Below, in pieces: positions 1 through 8,648 of a stretch of 30,790 nucleotides of DNA. Origin of the DNA: a virus (lineage: Duplodnaviria > Caudoviricetes). The notes beneath the pieces are model-generated. The model did no database searches. It saw only the letters and a program-made list of their open reading frames with translations, and was not told where the DNA came from. Position 1 is the first letter of the stretch. Every line of letters begins with the position of its first letter. Both the position numbers and the translations under genes were made by a program. The stretch covers positions 1 through 30,790 of IMG/VR virus record IMGVR_UViG_3300043137_000081; one strand, given 5' to 3'.

Positions 1-711
1 AGTATCTAGGGTCCAGGTATCTGCGGCTGTTTTCTTTAGATAACCACTTGTTCCAGTCAAACCTCCAATAGCTAATAAGTCACCATCTGCTGCTTGATAA
101 CTATGTGTATGACTAGCCGCTGCTGCTCCTACTGTAGAATAATCCACGGTTAGTACTGCAGCACCAGTATATGTTGAACCTGCTGCAGTACCACCAGTAG
201 TATTAAACGTAATAGCGTTAGCATTTGGTAACGTAGTAGGTATTGTTTGATCACCAGTATTAGAGCCTGATAATGTAGTAATACCTAACTTGGTCTTGAT
301 AGTTGCTGTAGTTTCATCCCCAGTGTTTGTACCAGAAGCTGAACCTGTACCAGTAGCATAGGTACCTGCAGCCTGTTTACTATTGAAAGTACTCCAGTCA
401 GCAGCACTCAAAACACCACGATTACTAGCTGAAGCAGTAGGGATATTTAAAGTAATAATGGGAGTAGTACTACCATTAACTACTGAGGAAGATACGTCTG
501 TTCCTGTAGTACCTAGAGTTAGTGCAGCAACTGAGGTTACTGTACCCGTAGAGCTACTAGTACCACTAAAGGAGCTAATAGACCCATCTGACTTCTTGAA
601 ATAAAGGAGCCCATCAGCATAGTTTAACGCTAATTCTCCAAAAGCCAAATCCCCCGCTACCGGCACACGCGCAGCAACAGAGGACTTCTTTAGAATAACT
701 TGACTTGCCAT
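1..711 (-). CDS. Fibre protein, N-terminal part (runs off left edge); T4 gp37-like/Mtd_N-like N-terminal joint domain
   Basis: Not in the ORF track (no stop in window). ATG at 711-709 preceded by AGGAG; open to position 1. Translation MASQVILKKSSVAARVPVAGDLAFGELALNYADGLLYFKK... then Thr/Gly/Ser-rich fibre motifs (GTVTSV, LSAADWSTFNSK, GTNTGD, SHTH). Confidence 0.85.
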   Translation of the reverse strand, partial: MASQVILKKSSVAARVPVAGDLAFGELALNYADGLLYFKKSDGSISSFSGTSSSTGTVTSVAALTLGTTGTDVSSSVVNGSTTPIITLNIPTASASNRGVLSAADWSTFNSKQAAGTYATGTGSASGTNTGDETTATIKTKLGITTLSGSNTGDQTIPTTLPNANAITFNTTGGTAAGSTYTGAAVLTVDYSTVGAAAASHTHSYQAADGDLLAIGGLTGTSGYLKKTAADTWTLDT

Positions 712-753
712 TGTAGGCTCCTAAAAAGGTTTATTTAACTATAGAGTTAAAAT

Positions 754-2244
754 TTAATAAATTCCGCCATCAATAGCATTAGACCAATACGGATTACCTG
801 TAGCATCTTCGCGTAGGAAACTTCCGTCTGTATCTGAGGCTGCGGTAATTCCAAAAGCAGAAGTACCGTTACCATATAAAGCTCCACGACTAGTTGCAGT
901 AGCTAGTCCCGTTCCACCATAGGTTACTGAAATTACAGTAGCATTCCACACACCTGTAGCAATAGTACCAAGAGTAGTTAAACTAGAGTTTACAACACCT
1001 GTACCTAATGTAGTGGCATTTAGTACGCTATTACCATTAATACGTAAGGCCTTACCAGATGCAACTTCAAGATTTTCAGATGAAGTCCAAGAGCTTGTAG
1101 CATTTACCCAATTAAAGGTTTTATCCGTAGTACCTTTAACTGTAAGACCTGCGCCATCGGCAGTAATATCACTAGGGCTAGCAACACTAGCTAACTCAAT
1201 ATTTTTATCATCAATGGTGATAGTTGTAGAGTTAATAGTAGTAACAGTACCGTTAACTGTTAAGTTACCTCCAACTACTAAGTTACCAGAAGAACTTAAG
1301 CTAGTAAAGGTACCTGTTGAAGGAGTAACATTACCTACAGGGGTATCATTCAAGGCAGCTAGTTGTATACCGTCAACCCCACCTTTTAGTAAGGTTCCAC
1401 CAAGATCAATAGTTGATCCACTTAAATATAATGATCTAAAACGTTTTGTAGAAGATCCTAGATCATAAGCCACATCAGTAGTAGGTAGAATATGTCCGCT
1501 AGTTGTAAAAGACTTAGCTGCTAAGTCGTTGTTAACAGTAGTTGTACCAGTTGCTGCACCTAAGTTTAATGAGGTAGCTGCTCCACCGATATTTAGAGTA
1601 GTTGCAGTAGTATTAAAAGCACTAAAGGTGGCACTATCTGTAATAATACTAGTAGATATTGTAGGGCTAGTACCGAATACTAAGTTATCTGTACCAGTAG
1701 TACCAGTAACTGCGGTACGTAGGTTAGCAGTAGTAGGAGTATTTAGGAAAGTTATAACAGCTGAGGCATATGCAGCACCTGCAGAGGCTTCCCAAGACGT
1801 ATTACCTAATCCGTCCGTTGTTAGTACATATGTGGCTGTACCTACATTAGTTGGCAGATTATAGGCATTATACATGCTAATCTTACCAGTACCATTAGGT
1901 GCAAGAACTATGTTGCCATTAACATTTGTACTACTAATTGTGTTAGTAACAATATCAATGTTACCAACTTTAATATTATTAATCTTATTACTGGAATCAG
2001 TAATAAGTGCTGAACTAGCTGTTAGTGTACCTGGGGTATGGTCCAGCATATCGGTAAAATATTTACCACCAACTACTACGTGATTAACCGCATTGCCACT
2101 AGTTTCAGTTCCTGAACCTAGGTATAGTCTATCTCCACCGTTTGTTCCACTATTAGGTAGTGCTGAGTAGGCAAACTCGCCTGCACCTAGAACTGCAGGA
2201 TTACCGGAAGTTTCCGATCTTTTTATCTTTATATTAGACGCCAT
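754..2244 (-). CDS. Fibre protein (496 aa) with gp37-like N-terminal domain and C-terminal IDGGIY motif
   Basis: AAAGGA RBS; N-terminus MASNIKIKRSETSGNPAVLGAGEFAYS; beta-rich fibre motifs (GNLTVNGTVTTINSTTITIDDKNIEL, GVWNATVISVTYGGTG). Confidence 0.8.
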   Translation of the reverse strand: MASNIKIKRSETSGNPAVLGAGEFAYSALPNSGTNGGDRLYLGSGTETSGNAVNHVVVGGKYFTDMLDHTPGTLTASSALITDSSNKINNIKVGNIDIVTNTISSTNVNGNIVLAPNGTGKISMYNAYNLPTNVGTATYVLTTDGLGNTSWEASAGAAYASAVITFLNTPTTANLRTAVTGTTGTDNLVFGTSPTISTSIITDSATFSAFNTTATTLNIGGAATSLNLGAATGTTTVNNDLAAKSFTTSGHILPTTDVAYDLGSSTKRFRSLYLSGSTIDLGGTLLKGGVDGIQLAALNDTPVGNVTPSTGTFTSLSSSGNLVVGGNLTVNGTVTTINSTTITIDDKNIELASVASPSDITADGAGLTVKGTTDKTFNWVNATSSWTSSENLEVASGKALRINGNSVLNATTLGTGVVNSSLTTLGTIATGVWNATVISVTYGGTGLATATSRGALYGNGTSAFGITAASDTDGSFLREDATGNPYWSNAIDGGIY

Positions 2245-2254
2245 TTTCTATCCT

Positions 2255-2554
2255 TTAATACTGGCCACACTCAAGTGTTTGTTTAGTTAAGGCTTTAGTA
2301 GGTGCCCAAGATCCCTGTACTCCATCATATACTAGTATAGCTCCATCTACTAGATTGGCCATATTAACATCTACTAATAATGACATAGCTGTTACACCTA
2401 GTGAACCCTGGATACCTTGTGGGCCTATGGGACCATTTGCACCTGGCGGACCTGCGGGGCCCTGTGCACCTGCGGGGCCTTGTGCACCTGAAACAATAGG
2501 CTCATGTACTATGTTTTCAGATACAACAGTGTTTGTTACTACTACATAGGTCAT
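2255..2554 (-). CDS. Short collagen-like linker/fibre protein (99 aa)
   Basis: About ten Gly-X-Y triplets ([28 protein letters not shown]); ATGA overlap with the upstream gene; AAGGAGGT RBS; ends LECGQY. Confidence 0.8.
   Translation of the reverse strand: MTYVVVTNTVVSENIVHEPIVSGAQGPAGAQGPAGPPGANGPIGPQGIQGSLGVTAMSLLVDVNMANLVDGAILVYDGVQGSWAPTKALTKQTLECGQY
2451..2490. repeat. 18-bp tandem repeat encoding GAQGPA twice
   Basis: Plus strand cctgcggggccctgtgca / cctgcggggccttgtgca, one mismatch. Confidence 0.8.
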
Positions 2555-3144
2555 CGTGTTACCTCCTTAATAAGAGATATATTACCATTTATTAATTGGT
2601 ATACTTCTCCACCTGCTGAAATTAATTCCAAGCTATATACTGCTGAACTAAAGTCAAATGCTGCAGTTACTTCTGGTAATATGGTTAGATTTATAGTTTT
2701 ATTTGTATTATCTATGTATATACTAGGAGTATCTGTTGTGAGTTCTAAAATGTAGGCTGTATCAGTGATTTTCTTTCTGATCTGCATTTTAGCAGTGTAT
2801 CCTGTCATATCTATAGGAGTATTATACTCGACGATACCCCCGCTGGTATAAGTTTTAAATCCTATACTATTTATAGAGTTAATTACAATAGCATTAGTTG
2901 TTGTACTAGTAACCTGATGGTAAGTATCCTGACTGTTCAGATCTGTCATGCCAACTATATTAGTAAACTTTACTCGCCAATCTGCTGGAATACTGTGCCC
3001 AGGTACAGTTACTACTAATGGTGCCGAGTTGCTAATACCTGTAATAGGTACGTATGTCTTTATAGACGATTCCCAGCGTATTACCTCATTAAAAGTACTA
3101 CCCTGATAAATTTTAAAATTAATTTTTCCTGGAGCACTGCTCAT
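2551..3144 (-). CDS. Fibre-attachment/collar adaptor (T5 p132/LtfC- or BppU-like beta-sandwich) with an internal inserted domain
   Basis: Motifs KIYQGSTF...PIDMTGYTAKMQIRK...INLTI...AVYSLEL...[14 protein letters not shown] are typical of this adaptor family (recalled); insert ITGISNSAPLVVTVPGH...GMTDLN. Confidence 0.65.
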   Translation of the reverse strand: MSSAPGKINFKIYQGSTFNEVIRWESSIKTYVPITGISNSAPLVVTVPGHSIPADWRVKFTNIVGMTDLNSQDTYHQVTSTTTNAIVINSINSIGFKTYTSGGIVEYNTPIDMTGYTAKMQIRKKITDTAYILELTTDTPSIYIDNTNKTINLTILPEVTAAFDFSSAVYSLELISAGGEVYQLINGNISLIKEVTR

Positions 3145-3482
3145 AATGTCTCCTTCTGCGTTATGAAGCCGTGAAGTCTAATAATCTCTTTATTGAGATT
3201 ATTAATTTCAGTTTGTAGTTTCTGGTTCTCTAGAGTTAGCTCGGTAAGTTGTTGGCTTAATTTAACTAACTCAATTTGTAATTTACCTACTTCTAATGAT
3301 AATAGAGAGTTCTGAGAGCTCATGCGCTCCAGCTCATCATGCATCATAGATAATAAGGCAGATTCTTTATTGTTACTATTCCAAGTTTTAAACAATAGTT
3401 GAAGCCCTACGGCTATTCCTACTAAGGCTAAAAACCCTGTAGATATCCACTCGGATATGGTACTAGGTATCGTTGACTCCAT
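3141..3482 (-). CDS. Membrane-anchored coiled-coil protein (113 aa); putative holin or lysis accessory
   Basis: One N-terminal hydrophobic segment (WISTGFLALVGIAVGLQLLF) then a leucine heptad repeat; GAGGAG RBS; first gene after a promoter. Confidence 0.55.
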   Translation of the reverse strand: MESTIPSTISEWISTGFLALVGIAVGLQLLFKTWNSNNKESALLSMMHDELERMSSQNSLLSLEVGKLQIELVKLSQQLTELTLENQKLQTEINNLNKEIIRLHGFITQKETL

Positions 3483-3546
3483 GGGGCGTCTCCTCTATAA
3501 AGTAAAATTTAGGCATAAATTTTAGACGCCTATATGGTTTTGTTCT

Positions 3547-3575
3547 ATTATATCACGTTGGGGTCCTAGTGTCAA
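3547..3575 (-). promoter_or_regulatory. Consensus sigma70 promoter
   Basis: TTGACA (3575-3570), 17-nt spacer ending TGA, TATAAT (3552-3547). Confidence 0.9.
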
Positions 3576-3578
3576 GAC

Positions 3579-3615
3579 AAAAAAATATCCCGCCCCTATT
3601 TCTAGAGACGGGATA
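3579..3615 (-). terminator. Rho-independent terminator
   Basis: ATCCCGTCTCTA-GAAA-TAGGGGCGGGAT hairpin (with G-U pairs) followed by A and T7, just after the stop of the 299-aa gene. Confidence 0.88.
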
Positions 3616-3623
3616 AATTTATT

Positions 3624-4523
3624 TTAGTAAGGCAGTACTACTGTTTGATCTGTTGTAAGAGTAGTAGGAAAAGACCTACCAGGACCCCAAATTATACGTA
3701 CGGCACCAGGTGCTCCGGCACTAGATACTCCAGTGGCGTATCCACCAGATCCGCCGTATAGTTTAGTACGGGTTGCTACACCATTTAGCTGTCCACCATA
3801 GTTTGAATAAGAACCGCCAAAGGCACTACCACTAGTATAGATAGGAGTGGGGTCTCCCTGACCATATACGTTAGTACCGCCACCTGAAAGTCTAGTACTT
3901 GCAGTTGATGTATATACTCCCTGTCCTCCACCACTAGCACTTGCTGTAACAGGGTCATTAGCGGCAGCGGTACCGGTACCACCATTACCATTGTACCCAC
4001 CTGCACCATTACCGCCGTAGGCACCACTGCTAGCTATATTAACACCACCACCTGAGCCGCCTCCACAACTAGTCCAAGTTTTATTTGCAGTATTATTATA
4101 ATCCTGATAAATTCCACCAGTACTAGTGTAGCCAGGATTAGTGGTGGTTTGACCACCCTGTGCGAGACAAAAACTACCTCCTGCACCACCTACCCTGTTT
4201 ATAAACGAGCTTCCGCCATTATATGTAGAGTAAACTCCTCCAACTTCTGTTCCGCCCTGCCCAACATATATTCTAAATACTTCCCCAGGCGTAACAATTA
4301 AGTCGTTCATCCATTGCAGCGCACCTCCGCCTCCGTATCTAGCACCACCACCAATGCATACTAAACTTATGCTGTATACTTCAGCAGGTACGCTCCATAG
4401 TACTGTGGATGTTACCCCTTGTTTTGTAACTGCAGTATGTAGTACTTGCCCTACAGGTATTTCAAACTCACTGGATGAGTATCCTTTGTTTGAGGCTGAC
4501 GCCAGAGTTCCTAATATTGGCAT
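3624..4523 (-). CDS. Glycine-rich fibre-tip adhesin-like protein (299 aa)
   Basis: WSVPAEVYSISLVCIGGG...GGGGAL...VTPGE...VGQGG...GAVRIIWGPGRSFP pattern of a polyglycine-type domain; lies directly after the repeat fibre. Confidence 0.65.
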   Translation of the reverse strand: MPILGTLASASNKGYSSSEFEIPVGQVLHTAVTKQGVTSTVLWSVPAEVYSISLVCIGGGARYGGGGALQWMNDLIVTPGEVFRIYVGQGGTEVGGVYSTYNGGSSFINRVGGAGGSFCLAQGGQTTTNPGYTSTGGIYQDYNNTANKTWTSCGGGSGGGVNIASSGAYGGNGAGGYNGNGGTGTAAANDPVTASASGGGQGVYTSTASTRLSGGGTNVYGQGDPTPIYTSGSAFGGSYSNYGGQLNGVATRTKLYGGSGGYATGVSSAGAPGAVRIIWGPGRSFPTTLTTDQTVVLPY

Positions 4524-4535
4524 TATATTACTTTC

Positions 4536-7235
4536 TTACTTAAATTTAGAGCGAGATGCCATTACAGTATATGTAGCTGCCGCTGTTTTTATAATAGTAT
4601 ACGTATGGCAATCTATAGCATTTGGGGTACCAGTTTGTACTGCGGTACCGTTACTCCATTTTGGATTAACTGTAGCCCCATCAATATTTATAACATTTGG
4701 GTAGTAAGCAGTTGCTCCGTTAGTTATTACCAGGGCTATAGTTATTGATTGGCCTATTGATAAGGTGTTATTAAGACTAGTAGTATTACTGGCCCTAATG
4801 TATAAAGTAAAGTTAGTAGCAGCAGCTACTGTATGATATAATACGCTTTGAGTATTAACATCAAAATAAAGAGTAGTGCCTGGAGCACTTGCAGCTATAG
4901 TTACTGACTCTACTAACGCTTTAATTTTACTAATACTATTTAGATTTATAGACCCTTCAAACCATGAGCCTCCTGAAACGGTTAATGCACCTGTTGTAGA
5001 AGAGGTTGAAGCTGCTGTACTAAATATATTTATAGGATTGTATGTCTGACCGGTGAACATATCAGTAATACCATAACCAGCTATTGTGGTAGGTTTATTT
5101 GATAAGCTGTTCCAGTCTACAATACCAATTGTAGTACTAATCTTATTGTCTACTTCGGTTTTTGTATAGGTAGTTAATTGAGGTGCTAGTAAAGCTTCTG
5201 CAGCTAAAGCCCTATTTTTCTCAGTTAGTATAGCTGTTGCTGTTAAATTACTAACAGGTTTTAGTAAATCTGATACATTATCTACATTAGCTAACCCAAC
5301 CATTGCCTTAGTAATACCAGTTACAGTACCTGTAAACGCAGGGGAAGCTAGTGGAGCTTTAAGTAAGATATCACTATTTAAGCTAGACGTGGTACCTATA
5401 TTAGCTTTTAAATCTAAAGCCGACTGTTGTGCTGTACTAACGGGCTTATTAGCATCCGAAGTATTATCTACATTAGATAAACCCACCATTACTTTATCAA
5501 TACCACTTACAGTACCTGTAAAAGTAGGTGAAGCAATAGTAGCTTTTAAGTCTAAAGCTGCTTGTTGCGCTGATGAAACGGGTTTTGATGCATCATTAGT
5601 ATTAGTTGCATTACCTAATCCCACCATTGATTTAGTAATACCACTTACAGTACCTGTAAAAGTAGGAGAAGCTATAGGGGCTAATAAAGCTTCCTCGGCT
5701 AAAGCCCTAGTTTTTTCTACTAGTATAGCAGCAACTGTTGCATTACTGACAGGTTTTAAGGCATCAGTAGTATTATCTACATTAGATAAACCCACCATTA
5801 CTTTATCAATACCACTTACAGTACCTGTAAAAGTAGGTGAAGCAATAGTAGCTTTTAAGTCTAAAGCTGCTTGTTGCGCTGATGAAACGGGTTTTGATGC
5901 ATCATTAGTATTAGTTACATTACCTAATCCCACCATTGATTTAGTGATACCACTTACAGTACCTGTAAAAGTAGGGGAAGCTATAGGGGCTTTAAGTGAT
6001 ACAGTTGTTGTTAAAGCAGCTACGGCATTTTGATCTACAGATAATTGATTACCAATTTCTATTAAGGTATCTAAAGCAGCAGGTGCTGCACCTACTACAG
6101 CAGATATTCTAGCGTCTGTTTCAGTTTTGTTATAAGTTGTTGCTTGTGGTGCTAATAGCAGCTCTGCTGCCATTGCCCTGGTTTTCTCTTCTAGAATGGA
6201 TGCTGCTGTTAATGTGCTAATAGCTTTATCTGCATCTGTAGTATTTTCCACATTGCCCAAGCCTACCATTGCCTTGGTAACTCCAGTTACAGTACCTGTA
6301 AAAGCAGGAGAGGCAACTGGTGCTTTAAGAAGTAATGCTGCGGCAGTAGCTGTACTAACAGGTTTTAGTGCGTCAGTAGTATCATCTACATTAGTAAGAC
6401 CTACCATTGCTTTAGTAATACCACCAACAGTACCAGTAAAAGTAGGTGAAGCTAGATTAGCTTTTAAATTTAGAGCAGTCGTAGTAGCAGTACTAACAGG
6501 TTTTAAAGCATCAGTAGTATTATCCACATTAGCTAAACCAACCATTGCTTTAGTAATACCACCAACAGTACCAGTAAAAGTAGGAGAAGCTAAATCAGCT
6601 TTTAATCCTAATGCAGTAGTAGTAGCAGTACTAACAGGCTTTAAAGCATCCGTAGTATTATCTACGTTAGTAAGGCCTACCATTGCTTTAGTAATACCGC
6701 CAACAGTACCAGTAAAAGTAGGAGAAGCTAAATTAGCTTTTAAACCTAGTGCAGTAGCTGTTGCTGTACTAACAGGTTTTGATAAGTCACTTGTATCGTC
6801 TACACTAGTTAATCCAACCATTGCTTTAGTAATACCGCCTACAGTACCTGTAAAAGTGGGGGAAACTAAATTAGCTTTTAACCCTAATGCAGTGGTAGTT
6901 GCAGTACTAACAGGTTTTAATGCGTCAGTAGTATTATCCACATTAGCTAAACCAACCATTGATTTAGTAATACCGCCAACAGTACCAGTAAAAGTAGGAG
7001 AAGCTAGAGGTGCTTTGAGAGCTAAACTAGCATTAATTTGACTTGTAGTATATGTGTCAGGTGGGGTAAATGTGAACACCCCTGTGAGCGCATAAGATAG
7101 GGAACCTGTACCAGAAGCTGTAACGGTATTTACACTTAAACTACCAAAAGATATTCCATTAGTTCTTATACTATCAGCTAATATATTAAACTGATCTATA
7201 TAGTCCGTTTGCCCTACGTAAAAAACATTACTCAT
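4536..7235 (-). CDS. Long repeat-built tail fibre (899 aa)
   Basis: Eleven copies of a ~46-aa unit LKAxLASPTFTGTVxGITKxMVGLxNVDNTxDxxKPVS; GAAPAALDTLIEI fibre motif; WNSLSNKPTTIAGYGITD motif; beta-rich C-terminal domain. Confidence 0.85.
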   Translation of the reverse strand: MSNVFYVGQTDYIDQFNILADSIRTNGISFGSLSVNTVTASGTGSLSYALTGVFTFTPPDTYTTSQINASLALKAPLASPTFTGTVGGITKSMVGLANVDNTTDALKPVSTATTTALGLKANLVSPTFTGTVGGITKAMVGLTSVDDTSDLSKPVSTATATALGLKANLASPTFTGTVGGITKAMVGLTNVDNTTDALKPVSTATTTALGLKADLASPTFTGTVGGITKAMVGLANVDNTTDALKPVSTATTTALNLKANLASPTFTGTVGGITKAMVGLTNVDDTTDALKPVSTATAAALLLKAPVASPAFTGTVTGVTKAMVGLGNVENTTDADKAISTLTAASILEEKTRAMAAELLLAPQATTYNKTETDARISAVVGAAPAALDTLIEIGNQLSVDQNAVAALTTTVSLKAPIASPTFTGTVSGITKSMVGLGNVTNTNDASKPVSSAQQAALDLKATIASPTFTGTVSGIDKVMVGLSNVDNTTDALKPVSNATVAAILVEKTRALAEEALLAPIASPTFTGTVSGITKSMVGLGNATNTNDASKPVSSAQQAALDLKATIASPTFTGTVSGIDKVMVGLSNVDNTSDANKPVSTAQQSALDLKANIGTTSSLNSDILLKAPLASPAFTGTVTGITKAMVGLANVDNVSDLLKPVSNLTATAILTEKNRALAAEALLAPQLTTYTKTEVDNKISTTIGIVDWNSLSNKPTTIAGYGITDMFTGQTYNPINIFSTAASTSSTTGALTVSGGSWFEGSINLNSISKIKALVESVTIAASAPGTTLYFDVNTQSVLYHTVAAATNFTLYIRASNTTSLNNTLSIGQSITIALVITNGATAYYPNVINIDGATVNPKWSNGTAVQTGTPNAIDCHTYTIIKTAAATYTVMASRSKFK
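5225..7019 (-). repeat. Array of ~138-bp coding repeats (11 units, the first six strictly tandem)
   Basis: Recurrent plus-strand acagtacc(t/a)gtaaaagtagg at 138-bp spacing across about 6290-7000, with further copies at about 5320-5980. Confidence 0.92.
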
Positions 7236-8170
7236 TATATTTCCTCTATATCTATACTTGTACTATACATATCAACTATAGGATTTACAACATCAGAAAT
7301 ACTTGATAGTTTTCCGTAAATTTGGTGAGCCTGCTCTTTATCATAATCAGTAGAATTATCTGGGAATAAACTAATCAATAAAGGTTTAGGTAAGCCGTTA
7401 CCTCTTAGTATCCTACTAAACTCTTGTCTATCAGAGGGAGTTAGCCAGTTTAAATCAAAGTTCATACTACGGTATCTAATACCTCTAGTAGTAATTAAGT
7501 CGCCTGACTCACTGCGTTCATGCGTGCTTAAATCTTTTGTATTTGAAGATAATCCATAAGAAGTATTATACTTAGGTGACCAGTACGATCCTACTACTAG
7601 TCTTGATAATTCAATATAAGGGCTTTGATTGCCTACATCAACTATTTCAATTAATAAACTTGTGCAAGCTGCTTGACTAGCTAAGGGTACCCATACTCTA
7701 CCATATGTACCGCCCCCGTAAGAGTAACTATTTACTCCCAGAGGTAAAGTACCCCAATTCCATAAACCTAATAGCTGATAAGGGCATGCGGTTACCACAC
7801 CTGTATCAAATTTTAAAGTGCCAGTAGCTGTAGTAGTAGGAGCATTAACGGTCCCGCCTAACGTAGGTGCTGTACCTGTATATCCCCGCACTCTAATAGT
7901 AGCTTGACTTGATAAATTACAGAATGGTAGCACTACCCCGCCTATATTAGTACTAGCAAAAGTTAATACTATATTACCTTTTGCAGTATATAACCCGCTA
8001 GTAGCATCTGCTGCTGTAGTTACTGACGAAGATCTCCATACCTGCGATTTAGGGTCTAGTCGCATATTACTAGCCGGCGTACTAGCAGATGCAGTACTTG
8101 AGACTGCAATAGTAGTAGTGCTTAATTCTATAATATTTTGGTAAATTATCCTAAGATTATTTAATGCCAT
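7235..8170 (-). CDS. Tail tip / distal-tail-like structural protein (311 aa)
   Basis: Position in the tail-tip operon; motifs PASNM...SQVWRS and YIELSRLVVGSYWSP...DLSTHERSESG recalled from siphophage tail-tip proteins; GGAGGA RBS. Confidence 0.55.
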   Translation of the reverse strand: MALNNLRIIYQNIIELSTTTIAVSSTASASTPASNMRLDPKSQVWRSSSVTTAADATSGLYTAKGNIVLTFASTNIGGVVLPFCNLSSQATIRVRGYTGTAPTLGGTVNAPTTTATGTLKFDTGVVTACPYQLLGLWNWGTLPLGVNSYSYGGGTYGRVWVPLASQAACTSLLIEIVDVGNQSPYIELSRLVVGSYWSPKYNTSYGLSSNTKDLSTHERSESGDLITTRGIRYRSMNFDLNWLTPSDRQEFSRILRGNGLPKPLLISLFPDNSTDYDKEQAHQIYGKLSSISDVVNPIVDMYSTSIDIEEI

Positions 8171-8171
8171 T

Positions 8172-8648
8172 CTATCCTCCTGGTGCAGTTGGCCACGCTA
8201 TATTAAACGGGTCAGACTGATTTGTTATATCTCTTAGTGCTTGGCGATAAACTGCCCAGGCTTCTTTATTTGTTAATGTAACATCCGGCATTTGAGTCCA
8301 GTCGGACGCTTTAAGAAGTACGTCTCTCTTAAGGCGTACTTCTTTCCACATTTCTTCTTGAGTACGCGTATCACGCCAAGTATTAGTACTATAGTCAAAT
8401 TGATACGTAACACCAGGACTAGAGGGGGTTTCGGTTAAAACTCCGTTTTCCAAGTGATAACTTTTACCAGGTTCAGTATTAGACCAGTCTAATGCAAATA
8501 CTAAATTTAATACATCTGTTTGGTTATCAGGATTGATACTGTCTAATACTAGGCCCAACATTCTAGGATTGTCAATATCATTTACTGATACTTTTAATAA
8601 GGCAGTATTATTTGATATATTTATTTCAAAGTGAGTTATATTTATCAT
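8172..8648 (-). CDS. Tail fibre assembly chaperone
   Basis: C-terminal WKEVRLKRDVLLKASDWTQMPD...WAVYRQALRDIT...AWPTAP signature; ATGA overlap with the upstream fibre. Confidence 0.88.
   Translation of the reverse strand: MINITHFEINISNNTALLKVSVNDIDNPRMLGLVLDSINPDNQTDVLNLVFALDWSNTEPGKSYHLENGVLTETPSSPGVTYQFDYSTNTWRDTRTQEEMWKEVRLKRDVLLKASDWTQMPDVTLTNKEAWAVYRQALRDITNQSDPFNIAWPTAPGG

Noticed and set aside
734-751. Small inverted repeat TTTAACT-ATAG-AGTTAAA as a terminator
   Set aside because: Weak AT-rich stem, and the U-tract is not adjacent.
5461-5991. Near-identical repeat pair as DGR template/variable repeats
   Set aside because: Both copies are in frame in a fibre shaft with only three differences in both directions, and no reverse transcriptase is in the window.
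5225-7019. CRISPR-like periodicity
   Set aside because: Units are 138-bp degenerate coding repeats with no unique spacers and no cas genes.
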